Origin: Convolutriloba macropyga
Taxonomy: Eukaryota
NCBI RefSeq assembly: GCF_964194025.1
Contig: NC_134479.1
Coordinates: 41,912,001 to 41,976,000 of the forward strand
Length of the DNA stretch: 64,000 nucleotides
Direction of reading: 5' to 3'
Numbering within the stretch: the first letter of the stretch is position 1; the number at the start of each line of letters is the position of its first letter. Under the pieces are notes generated by a model that made no database searches, was not told the origin of the DNA, and worked only from the letters and a program-made list of their open reading frames with translations. Positions 38,179 to 50,058 of this stretch are shown one piece after another. Made by a program: the position numbers and the translations under genes.

Positions 38179-40182
38179 AAACAATCGGCCCCAAAATTAT
38201 TTGCTCTATAGGGAGGAAATGTTGACCTGTACTTAATGGGAAAAAGCAAAATGTTGTCTAAAATAATATAAAAAATTGACAAGTTCAAAAAATCACAGCT
38301 AATTCGTTAAAACAAAAACATTCAATAACATAAGAGACATTAGGTAACAACCGAATGAGTAGAACAGGCTCACTTGCACCTTTGGAGGAAGAAATTTGGA
38401 TCTTTGAGTGGTCAAACTTAAAAATCAGACTGCCAAAAGAATAACAATTGAAGGCAAAAGACAAGAATTCAGTTAAATTTTACTAAACCTCTTCCTCAAA
38501 GCCACAAAAACGATTTGGTTCTCGGAAAACAAACTGTATCTACAAACTTACGTAATTTGAAGCTGTCATTAATGGAGCCGTGATTAAAATATATTGTCAG
38601 TAATTAACATTAAAAGAACAAAAGCAAAATATTTTGAAAAAAGGCAGCATAAAAAAACCAAAAAGTCTCTGATTCTAAGAGTCCATGATATTATCGAACC
38701 TCTCCCAGATTTTGTCGCGCGCCCAGCAAACCAACCAAGTGTTCCAAGTGTTTGCGAAATAGTCCAATTGGTGAGTGGAATTCCTCATATATTGAAAAAA
38801 ATTGTATTTCGTATATTTATCGAGTTAAATCTACAAAAAACGGCAAATTTTTAATTCCAGAAGACTTTCATACAGCGCCTACTTGCAAGTTCACTTTTTG
38901 AGATTAGGAAGTGAAGTCTGTTTTAAGGTTTTTAGGTCACTAAGTCTGGCAGAATTTAACAAAGTGGACCAAAAAAACATATTTTGTGCCATTTTTGATG
39001 AAAGTTTGAATTTTTGAAAATTTTATCAAAAATTTTAGCCAAAAACTTCAATCAAACAATTCAGCGACGCTCTTCTATCTCTAACGGTAACAACAACACT
39101 CTGCCGTTAAAAATTTTAACTTATTTTGAATTATATTAGCGAAATTTTGCCAAATTTAGCAAAAATTACTGAAAGTGTGAACAAAAACAGTCGAATGTTC
39201 ACAAAACTTTTAAACCTCGCTAACTCCCTGTAAAAAACCAAAATCGAAAAAATCTTTTAATTACGTATTCTGCGGTGGACGGTCTTTTTGATGATACCAC
39301 TCACAATTCTCTACGATGAATATACCGGTCGGCCAAAATTGACTGAACAAAAAAAAACCAGTTGAGTATATAGTTCCTCCCTCCTCACTAAAGTGGGGGT
39401 CGGAGCAAAGGTGTAAATTAACCCATATCAGTTTATCTATATCTAGACGGATCTGTAAATTTTCATACTGATTTGGACTATAAATACCTGTGAAATTTTG
39501 TACATTTAGGCCATTTTGAATTCAATTGTTAAAATAATAAAATTTTAGTTACTCGTGCTCGAGACCACGACACTAAATTTGTGGAATTATGTTAGGTTCA
39601 AAAATGAAATTCAGTCTTTTCGAGTTTTGTAGCCTCGATTCCGCGATTCTTAAATTTTCTAATTGATCGGAATTCGGTGATTAACTTCCCTTCAAAATAG
39701 CTTAGCTTTTGAATCAAATTCTGCAAACTTTTGTAAATCCCTTGTGTTGATATAGGAAAACAGTGTAATGTCACAAATCAGTCAGCTATGACCCGAGCAG
39801 AAACCTTCACAAAGATATTCAAAATTGTGTCATAATTTTGCTTCAGATGCACTTCTGTTTTATATAGTGATATTGTTCAATCATAGTTTGATTTAAGAAA
39901 ATCACCCTTTTCCTTTGTTCTGTACCTAACGGCAGAATTGAAAAAATGTCTGAAACTCTCACACAGGGGCTGTGACAGATTTGCGACCCTCGCAACCCCT
40001 TGCGAGAGCGTGTACAATAAATTTCCAGTTTTGATGCGAAGTACACACCATTTCATTTTTTGTTTCCTTTCTTAAATTCAATGTTGTTATGTCTTGCAGA
40101 ACTCTCATGGCAAAATTTTTATGACTAGCGACATTTAAAACTGTTGCTGAGATTTTAGGTGAAATGAAAATCAAAACCTATG

Positions 40183-40375
40183 GGATCTTTTCCTTTTGTG
40201 CCCCCCCCCCCCCCCCCAGCTTAGTGGGCGCATATTATTTGCACCATAACCCCCCGCCCCCCCCCCCCCGACGCCCGAGCCATATTTCTACATAATGATT
40301 TACTATGTAATGACACGTGCTCTGTAACTGGGGGGCGCAAAACGTACGGGGGGGGGGCACAAACGGAAGAGATCC
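40183..40375. mobile_element. GGATCT...AGATCC MITE (Merlin-like) in the GST intron
   Basis: TIR GGATCTTTTCCTTTTGTGCCCCC / GGGGGCACAAACGGAAGAGATCC; flanks AACCTATG / AACCAATA (6/8). Confidence 0.78.
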
Positions 40376-40759
40376 AACCAATAAATGATACATGCATCTT
40401 AAAATATAAGGATGGAAGTTATCTACATATCGGATTTTTCAAGCTTCTGCTAGCAAAAACTTACTAATTTGATTAAAGTCTGTGGTGATCAAGTAAGAAA
40501 ATTGTGGTTAGACGCAGGTTTTCAAATATAGCTTTTTAGTATCTAAAAACCGTAAAAACTCGGAAACATTGAATCGAACATTTTTATGGAAGGAGCAAAG
40601 TGAAAAAATATAGCTGAGGTGATTTTAATGATTCTGCCATGTGGAAACTTGTGCTTGGAGAATCTAGAATAATTTTATATCTATCACTGAACTTTCGCGC
40701 ATTACCAATTGATCTGATTCAATAAGTCACAACTGTTCCATTGCAAACTTTGTCTTCAG

Positions 40760-40899
40760 GCGACTTCAAACTCACCCAATCAGCAGCCATTCTGAAGTAT
40801 TTGGGGCGAATTGGAGGACTGTATCCATCTTCTGGCTCAGATGAAGAGATGGCCAAAATTGACGAAATCATGGAAACACTCCTTGATTTCAGATTGAAG
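40760..40899 (+). CDS. GST middle exon (3' boundary uncertain: 40899 GA donor or 40905 weak GT donor)
   Basis: cttcag|GC is phase 1; translation GDFKLTQSAAILKYLGRIGGLYP..EEMAKIDEIMETLLDFRLK contains the TQS G-site motif. Confidence 0.85.
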
Positions 40900-41444
40900 G
40901 AATCTGTTATTCTTATGACTTCCTGTAGTTTTGCTGGAAAGGCATTCAGATTTAGCAACACAATTTTATTATTATTACTTTTTGATACTGGGTGGGGGGG
41001 GGGGGGGGGGAGAGATGCGATAACTAGCGTTGAAAAGTTAGAAATTTCACCGCATTTTTCCCACATACCACATAAGTTCACCGCAATTTTTATGTAAATT
41101 TCAGCGAATGCGGTGAAAGTGTTGAAATTATGCAAGATCAACGCTGAAATTTATCAGTTCACCGCATTCAACGCAAAATTATCTGAGAAAAATGAATTTT
41201 CAAATAAATTTTTAAACTTATAAAATAAATTTCCAAACTTTTCGACGCTTGTTACCGATAATCGTACATTATTTCAACCCCTAATCATACATATTTTTGG
41301 GTTTCGTAGCGCTGAAACCTTGGACCGGGTATTTCAGGCTAAGTTTCCTACAGTAATTGACCACCAGACGGGATAATCGTTTCAAAAAGCATGGGGTTTA
41401 AGTCTGATTTTCTGCAGTTCCAAAAGAAACAGTTTATTTCAAAG

Positions 41445-41780
41445 TTCGTTCTATTGTGTATCAATCCTGACTTCGACAACATCAAAGCGGGTTATTTCAA
41501 ATCATTGCCGACGTTTCTTGATCTATTCGAGAACCGACTCTCGGATGGTCGAAAATGGCTGAAAGGAGACCATATCTTTGTTGGCGACTTTCAATTCTGG
41601 ACTACTTTGGATTTCCACGAGTGCATGGAGCCGAACGTGTTTGAAAAGTATCCGAAAATCAAGCAATTCAAAAATGATTTCGAGAGCATTCCACAAATTG
41701 CGAGATATTTAGCCAGCGACAAGTTCAGGAAATTTCCGATTAATGGAAGACCTGCTAAGTGGGGAATTGGAAAGGAATAA
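41445..41780 (+). CDS. GST last exon (alternative phase-0 acceptors at 41417 and 41432)
   Basis: FVLLCINPDFDNIKAGYFKSLP..FENRL..WLKGDHIFVGDF..FESIPQIARYLASDKFRKFPINGRPAKWG is a typical mu-class C-terminus. Confidence 0.88.
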   Translation, partial: FVLLCINPDFDNIKAGYFKSLPTFLDLFENRLSDGRKWLKGDHIFVGDFQFWTTLDFHECMEPNVFEKYPKIKQFKNDFESIPQIARYLASDKFRKFPINGRPAKWGIGKE

Positions 41781-41822
41781 AACGAAATACTGGAACTACA
41801 CAAGTTTAGTTGTGCGACCCTA

Positions 41823-42201
41823 TACCGCTCTGATCAGACCATATGGCTGGCACGCCGATGGCGTGGTGCGACCGAAATTAAAGGGTGTGGGAAACGCTTG
41901 ACTCGCACGATGATCTAGACAATGGTCTCACTGCGGTCTAATCAGAGGCAAATTTTGCAGTACAGTCTAATCATAGGTCTGGAAAATGATTGCACTGCGG
42001 TGTGATAATACGTCAAACAAAGGTCGCAGAAATTTTGTGGGTCGCACGAAAGTCGCACAATTTTTGTGGGCCGCACAAAGTTTTGAGTACTTGAAAGTTG
42101 GGCTGAATTTTGGGTCGCGAGTCTGATCAGAGGGATTTAGGTCGCAAGATGGTCTTTCGGATCGCACTATGGTCGCAAAAAATTCTCTAATCAGAGCAGT
42201 C
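41823..42201. mobile_element. MITE with TIR TACCGCTCTGATCAGA / TCTAATCAGAGCAGTC and internal GGTCGCA repeats; related ends at about 42832-43041
   Basis: Imperfect 16-bp inverted ends flanked by TA; repeated GGTCGCA/TGCGACC motifs. Confidence 0.55.
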
Positions 42202-44044
42202 TAGGTTCTCTATAAAGAAAATATTGCGCAATTTTTCTGAGACGCCAACAAATAACAAAAACCATGACTCACGTAGTAGTAAACTCAGAGGACAAAATTT
42301 TGAAAACTTTGGGTGTTGTATGTTATTGGCAAAGCGTACTTTACAAAGTTCCTATATTATTTTGTTTATCATTGTGGTCAATTATAATTTAAACGAAGTA
42401 GCGAAACATTTTTAATGTGGAGCTGATTGATCATTATTAACACTGTTTTTTAATCGTCATCGAGAACTAATTGAATTCTGAGGCGGATCTGAGTAGCTGA
42501 ATAGATTAGATAGAGCGATAAGGACCGTCTCCAAACCTTTTTAGTCAACTCTCAATACAACTAAAACAATGCAGACAGTACGCCACTGCGTAGCCGATAA
42601 TTAGAGACTATATTTTGTTCACCACTATTCTAAAGTTCAGATAGACTTTATTATGGTTAGTTGAAGGCACTTATAAATTTCGGGTCTGAATACTGTAAAA
42701 ATGATTGTTTTGGAGTGGGATCATATGTAAGTTGTAGTTCGGATGCCAATTCACATGACAGTTTATTGGAAAAGTTTTAGAGGAAGATTAACACCAAGTA
42801 TTCGAAAGGTCAGTCCAAAACATTGTGGAGAACTGCTCTGACTCTACCCAAGATGAGGTTCCCGGCCAAATCCAGCTCTGGTTATACCCACTTAGGTCGC
42901 GAATGTGGGGTAAAACTTGAACCTTCTACACAGTCTGTCAAGGCTACCTTTTTTCTGGAAAGTCAGATAACAGCCCAATCCAGAACCTCCACGATCTCAT
43001 CAACGCACTATACCTAGTGTCTGCTAAGTCTAATCAGAGCATGGTCCAGAGTATGGATAATATTGCGTTATGATCTGTACAGTCCGATCAGAAACCCTTC
43101 TAGAATCCGGAAAGTCTTATCAGAACCAAGAGAACCAAGAACACGGCCAGTACCAGAAAAAAAATTACCCCTCCCCTTGAACTGTTCATTGAAGAGCTTC
43201 CTAATTTCTTTTGATGAACATCAAAGACCACGCAAAAGACAGAGTAATTACTGCTCACAATTTTCTGTTAGAGAAGTTGAGATATACATCGCAGTTGAAG
43301 CGAATCAAATTCTTCTCTCCCTGAACACAAAGCAGCAAACATGCCGTGTTTGCTTGCATGAATTATCAAAAAATGCTCAATAAAACACTATAACTGATAA
43401 TAAAGGTGAAAAGATGCGAAAAAAGTATAAATTTAAAGCAGCTTTTGGCCCTAAGTCGATTTTATAGTACTGATCGATATGTAGCGGGTTATTTCATCCA
43501 TAAGTAATGCAATCTTTGTCAGCGCAAAGGAGATTGATAAGAAGTTTTTTAGAAAATGTGTTCTGGACATTAACAATAAAACATGCCCTATAAATTCTAC
43601 TGTAGAAGCTTTCAAATATATTGACACGTGCGTTGAAATAAAGTCGCCGAGTTGATGAGAGCTAAGCTCGAAATTGAATTCCTTTAAAATTTGGAACAAC
43701 CTTATTGAAGTAAATTACCTCAAGAGTTCAAGACCGAGCTTCAAAACCCGGTGAGATTGTTCTTGATCACCCCCCCCCCCTCCAACGTCGTACCGCCGCT
43801 AGCCCTTTAAAAAAAGCAGTCGAGTACTGCAACAGAATTAGCCACAACGGGAAGGACACTTCAGAGAAATTTTTTGTCCTATAAATTTTTGTCCTAAAAA
43901 TTCCTCGGCAAGTCATCAAAAAAGCAGTGGTCGACAACAACACGATCAAGTCTAGCTATCGCAAAAAAGAACCTTCGATTCGGGAAAGCACTTCTTTTTT
44001 TTACGATTTGCAATCCCCCGTATGATATAAATACAGTTTCGAAT

Positions 44045-47000
44045 ATGGGAAAAATGAATTACAATCTAAGAAAAACTGTTGTGAACGATAGTGTTCGTCT
44101 GCAAATCCAGTCTCAAGATAATGCTAGCTCACGAGACATCATTGTTGACTCTGACCCCATCAGTGATGCAAATACTGGTTTGACGAAAAACTTTCAAGAC
44201 TTGAGTGTAAAAGAGCAACTTTTAGAGTACTTTTCATCCCCGACACTGTCAACAAACTCTATAAGGTGCAAGTGTTAGAAAACTCGGGGCATGAAACCAA
44301 AATTAGATATAGTGGTTGGGGCTCAGAGCACGACACGTGGTTTAATGCGAAATCAGTTTGGGCCTATTCGAAGCACAAACATAACTTGAAGAATCGCAAA
44401 AAAATAACAAAAGAAATTTCAGATAAAATTGACCTACTCCTCGCGTTGTGTGAGCAGTACCAGCTTGATGATAATTTCTTTGAAAACGTTGAATAAACAA
44501 TACTGAACGAGAACAAAAAACTGCCCTCTTTACAGACAATAGTTAGTTCACATTTTCCAACATGTCGTTTCGTTCCGGTCAAATTTAGAGTTAAGTGGTC
44601 ACAACTGCTAACCAGCATCCTGGATGATTGTGCCACGACACCAGATGACGAACTAAATTGGCAGAAATTGTTTTCTGTTTCGAAGTGTATACTGCGTGCG
44701 AGCAACCGAGGAGGTAAAAAGCATAAACGAAATCAGGATCAGCGGCTCTCCGATCGCATCGATCGATGGAATGCGGGTGAATATGCAAACCATTGGACAG
44801 AAGCCTTGGCAATGAAACAAGCGAGGAAAAAATCCACAAACGGAATAGAAGAATTAGCCAGCAGAGCTAAAAGTCTATGTTTGCAAGGTCAATTTGGTCG
44901 CGCCGCAAAAATACTGTCATCTGAGGGACTTGCGCCTAATAACAGAGCTACTCTGAAAGCACTAGAAGAGCTACATCCCAAAGAAGTGCCTCCAACTTTG
45001 ATCCAACCAGACAATGTTGCTTCAAGTGCGTATCAATTTAGTGATAACATAGTTTTTGAACAATTGAAAACTTTCAGCAAGTACACTGCAGCTGGTCCTT
45101 CCAAGATGTATCCAGAGCATCTATTGCACGCAGTAGAGTGTACTGCTCCCGACCACTCTGAATCCGCCCTTAAAGCAATAACAAGGTTTGTAAATACAGC
45201 AAGCAGAGGTAATTTTCCTTCATTTGTTTCAAAAGCCCTCTGCAGCGCATCGCTCACCGCTCTATCCAAAAAGAAAGGAGGAGTACGCCCAATAGCTGTC
45301 AGTGAAATCCTGAGGCGCCTGATTGCTAAATGTTTGGTGAAAGAAGCAAAATCAGAAGCAATTGAGTTGTTCGATTCCATTCAGCTAGGGGTTGGAGTCA
45401 GCGGAGGTGCGGAAGCAATTATCCACTCTGCAAAAATCACCTACGAAAAGATCCTCAACGCTGAATCTAATGAAGGAGTGCTTCAGATTGATTTCCGAAA
45501 TGCCTTTAATTCGGTTAAGCGTTCACACTTATTGCAAGCAGCATGCGATTTCATACCAGGTATCGCAGCCTTCACATATTTTTGCTACTCTCAGCATATG
45601 CCACTACTGTACAATAACGCCAGTCTTCAAAGTGAATCGGGTGTTCAGCAAGGAGATCCCTTGGGTCCACTTCTCTTTTCGTTGGCGTTATGGCCTGTTA
45701 TAGAAAAAATAAGAGACGCGGTTCCAAATCTTACCCAGCACACTTGGTAATTGGACGATGGTTTTGTTGCAGGTTCAGAAGATCAAATCCGAACTACGCT
45801 CGATATCTTAGCTAATGAAGGTCCAAAAAGGGGTCTGTATTTGAGGAAAGACAAGTGCGAACTCTGGTCAATCGTAGATCTACCTTCAGTTGATCGAGAA
45901 GTTACAAGAAATATGGGCAATGGTTTTGAAGTACTGGGTGCCGCAGTCGGATCACCAGTATTTGTTTCTTCTTGCCTACAGAAACGTGTTCAGAAGGTTG
46001 TGTCGCTCTTGGAAAATTTGAGTTATCTGGATGATCCTCAATGTGCTCTCGGCATACTTCGTTATTGCCTAGGGACACCAAAGTTAGTCTACTCTCTACG
46101 CACTAACACGCCGACAAGACATCTGATCGATGTTTTAAAAGTTTTTGATTCTAGCCAACGGGATGCGTTAGATCAAATAATAGGTGCTGTCACCTCTGAC
46201 AATGCGTGGATGCAGTCAACCTTGCCAATAAACATTTCAGGCCTCGAGTGCGACAATCGCAAGAGCAGTACAGAGCCGCATATGTGGGCTCAGTGATAGC
46301 ATCTGATGACTTGGTTCAGAAAATAACAAACCAGCGCGCGTCGGACAGTAGGGTTTTTAAGGAACTCTATGAAAGCCTTGAACCTTTCAACTTGAATTCC
46401 TACACACAGAAGAAAATTCAAGAAGCTGTAGATACTGAAAAGTTTTCTGAGCTGCTGAGAAATCAGTCGTCAGACAGAGAGAAAGCAAGACTGCAATCAC
46501 TCTGTTTGCCTCATTCCGGCGCATGGCTTGCGGCACCTCCAGTTCCTGCCTTAGCTCTCCATCTGAGTCCCAGTGAATTTCAAATTAGTGTCAAATACAG
46601 ACTAGGTATTGCAGTTTATGAAGATGAAAGAAAATGCCCTCACTGCAGGTCTGGGACCCTTGACCTTTTTGGTGACCACGCCGTCATCTGTACCGGAAGA
46701 GGGGATGCAATTCCTCGGCATGACAGGATTCGTGACCGTTTTGCATCAGCTTGCTCATCAGCTAACTTGTCCCGAGTCATCGAAAAACGGAACCTTATTG
46801 CAGGAAACGGTTCTGGCCCTGGCGACATATTTCTGCCCTCATGGAAATCAGGTCATCCAGCTGCTCTAGACGTCACCGTAACTTCTCCACTGCAATCAAA
46901 CATTATAAATCATACGGCAGAGAAGTCTGGTTGCGCGATTGAAGCAGCCGAAGAGCGAAAGTATGCACAACACGGAAAAAATTGCCCTGAGCAAGGATTT

Positions 47001-47201
47001 TTGTTTGTTCCTCTCGCTGTTGAGTCATTGGGTGGTCAGTCAGTTACTCTCAAGAAAGCGTTAAAGCGCATAGCTCTGTTAGCTGACAGCAGGAATTATC
47101 AGTCGCAGGGAAATGCTATCGCTTTTGATAGATTGGTTCAGTCGGTTTCCGTTGTGATTGTACAAGGATCAGCTACAATGTTGCTTGCACGAGTCCCGTA
47201 A
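44045..47201 (+). mobile_element. CRE-clade non-LTR retrotransposon, single ORF (chromo-barrel-like N-terminus, RT, CCHC knuckle, RLE), inactivated by 4 lesions
   Basis: RT motifs: LTALSKKKGGVRPIAV, QLGVGVSGGAEAIIH, IDFRNAFNSV, GVQQGDPLGPLLF, W*LDDG (YLDD Tyr mutated to TAA at 45748). C-terminal motifs: HSGAWL, CPHC..DHAVIC, RHD, PGDIF..W..ALDVTV..AEERKY, PLAVESLGG. Lesions: frameshift near 44271, stop at 44494, stop at 45748, frameshift near 46246. 3' UTR extends to about 47358. Confidence 0.9.
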
Positions 47202-48060
47202 CCCCAATTTTTGCAATATTTTTGGACAAATTCTATTTCGGCAAACTTTGTGATCTCCAAGAAGAAAGGAGTCTTTTGAGAAGCGTCACCCAATGAGAGG
47301 GGACCTTCGTTTTTGTAAATATTGTCTCACCCAATGACCGGGGAGAACATAAATAATTTTCTAAAGTTCATAGAAGATTGAAACGAGAAGAATTCTGAAA
47401 CTTAAGGAGAACAGGACTGATGTTATAGAGTGCGATTGAGAAGAGTGAAGAATTTTTCAACAAAAAACACACTTATTTGAACCTTTAATGAGCAAAAACT
47501 TTTGATTCCGAATCAAAGTTTGATAACAAAGATTTGTATTCATTCATAATAGATTGGTTTTCAAATATACGTTGGCAAAATGGCAAGTCACCTGATGACA
47601 AGACGGAACGGCATGTAATTCAAAATGGACCGAACTTTAAATGAATGACTCTAACAAATATTCAAAACATTTTAAATAAAAAATGAGCCATTTGATTTAA
47701 TTGATTCCTCTGAAGTCAATTGCTGGCGGCATCAGCGCTGATTCCGTTTGAGTATTTTCTACAAAGCCCATCAGATAGTCCAATTAACGAAAAACAGAAT
47801 ATACGTATATTTGAACCCCAAATTTTCAATTTTTAGCTTTGCATTAGAAGTGCTGTAGTGCTAAAGAAAGAGTTTCAAAAGAATTGTAATGCTAACAAAA
47901 AAGACCAGTTCTGATTTTTGACATGTACATAATTTATCGTCAAAAAACATTATGTTATCGCCACGAAAATCTCGACAATTTTTTTTGCAAGCCCTAAGCA
48001 TTTGATTCACCTCAACTAACTATTTACGATTCGTTTTTATGCTATTTGGACCGTAGTTGC

Positions 48061-48368
48061 GATCAGATTTGCCTGCAGTCAAAGCAACGTCTTCTCTCAT
48101 AATAAAAAAAGTCAAATGTAACATTTTGCATCCTTAGCTGGATGTCACTGGTGCCTTTGTTATGACGTTTATCATTGCTTAACAACCCTTTCGCACTTAA
48201 AGGTAATATTATGTAACCTTAACTATTACCTTTTGAGTAGGTTTTTAAGCAATGATACACGTCAAAGCAAAGGCACAAGTGAAATCCAGCCAAGGATGCC
48301 CAAAATGTTGGCACCGACTTTGTTATCAAGAAAAAAGACGTTTTTCTGACTCCAGACAGATTGAATCA
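48061..48368. repeat. ~305-bp imperfect palindrome (foldback MITE or hairpin)
   Basis: AACATTTTGCATCCTTAGCTGGATGTCACTGGTGCCTTTG..ATCATTGCTTAA..AAAGGTAATA is mirrored by TATTACCTTT..TTAAGCAATGAT..CAAAGGCACAAGTGAAATCCAGCCAAGGATGC..AAAATGTT. Confidence 0.85.
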
Positions 48369-48384
48369 AAATTATTTTCTATAT

Positions 48385-48387
<3 letters not shown>

Positions 48388-48427
<40 letters not shown>
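48388..48427. repeat. (TA)n microsatellite
   Basis: Direct reading. Confidence 0.95.
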
Positions 48428-48430
<3 letters not shown>

Positions 48431-49179
48431 GTATATGTATTTATATATATTTTTATTTGTGTATAAGCTCTCAGCTGACTGAACTAATTTGTCGGGTCAT
48501 GTTAAAAAATATTTTTTTAAGTTCTTTCTCATAGGCTTAAAACAAAATGTTTTGTGGGTTTTATCATGGCAATCAACTACGGATAACAGGTGCTTCGTTT
48601 TCCTGGCGGCAACTGAGAACTCATGCGATAGAATATAGTCTTTTTTTGAAAAAAAATATGAAAGAAAAAAATACATTGGTAGAAGAAGGCCAAACAAAAT
48701 ATCTCTCGCAAATTCAATTGGTTGCTTTTGTTTGGACAGTTAGGGACCTGTATTGGCGTCAGTTGGTTGAATAAAAAAGAAAGCTTACGCTCATGTCAAA
48801 ACAGTAATTTATCTTTTTTCAATGATTTACCTAATGTTGCGGCTGTCTTTTTTTCCACAGAAATTCTGAAGTTTTGCTCATTTTTTATTGCTTGATAGAG
48901 AAAATGCTCACTAATCATCATTTGCTAATTTTTTTGTTTGAATTTATTGCCTCTACACTAGCGTAAATTTAATGATGCAGACTATGGTACCATAAATAAG
49001 TATAGCATAATTTTTTTCTATTTAAGCATTGTTTTTACACCATTAAGCATTATTTTTACACCAAATGTTTGAATTTCGCTAAAGCTGGACAAAAAGTGTT
49101 GTTTATTATTTCATCGGAGATTTTATTCCCTATTCTTCCTCTACACAAGAAAAAGCGGTTTTAATCTCTCACTGTTTGC

Positions 49180-49660
49180 CAGGCTGATTTGGTGCAATTG
49201 GAAATAAGCAATTTTGATCATCTATATTACAAAAGAAGTTACTTCGAAACTGTTTGTTGAGCATTCAGACAATCTGAAGTTTCCAACTAATTTTGAATTA
49301 TTTTCTTGAAAAATTACAAAAACATGTTGCAGATTTAAGACCTTATTTTTCGACAAGGTAATACGCGTATACGATGATCCAAGATATTGTGACAAGATCA
49401 TGTGCGATGATCCTTTATTATTCGAAGGTGAAGAGCGGGAGGTACTTGAATTATCAGCAAAAAGTCCCGATCAGAATTCAGTTGAAAACTTAAGCGCAAC
49501 TCTAAAGCAACATTCTAAAAACAGACACAATTGGCAAAATTCGGAAGAAATGTGGAATACTTGACTCAGATGTCTTTAGTAACTTAGGTGGAAACTATAC
49601 AAACAGTCTAGCAGATGTTAAAAAATAGAACTATGAATCGCTGCTCGTTAACTGATTTGA
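49180..49660 (+). mobile_element. Highly decayed Tc1/mariner transposase relic
   Basis: Manual translation gives GAIG, FRQGN (compare FQQDN), EVLELSAKSPDQNSVENL..LK (compare WPAxSPDLNPIENLW) and EEMW. Confidence 0.6.
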
Positions 49661-49934
49661 ACTCAAAATGTTTAATCTTTGATGTTTGTGGCGCTTTTTA
49701 AAATTTTTTTTTGGGTGTACGTAGCTTATGGGTACTATGATTATTATAGGTATGTGTAAAATTGATTTGAATCCCAGAATTCTTCAAAAATTGAAACCAA
49801 GAAACTGTTCTCTTCCACTTAAGCTAATCCTGCCTGGACAATTGAATGGAAACCGGGATTGATCAAAGTTAGAAAGTTGCTCGCCATGAAACTTCACATA
49901 GGATTTTCAAGGAAAATTAATTATGACAGAAGTC

Positions 49935-50058
49935 GGGTCTTTTTTGTTTGCGTATATTATTTACACCCCCAGACGCACGTGTCATATTTTTACATAATGA
50001 TTTACTGTGTAAATGCATGTGCTCTGTTACTGGGGGGGGCACAAATGGAAAAAGATCC
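49935..50058. mobile_element. Merlin/IS1016-like MITE with a perfect 8-bp TSD
   Basis: CAGAAGTC (49927-49934) | GGGTCTTTT...AAAAGATCC | CAGAAGTC (50059-50066). Confidence 0.82.

Noticed and set aside
43770-44044. Self-cleaving (HDV-like) ribozyme in the retrotransposon 5' UTR
   Set aside because: No nested pseudoknot pairing could be identified by eye
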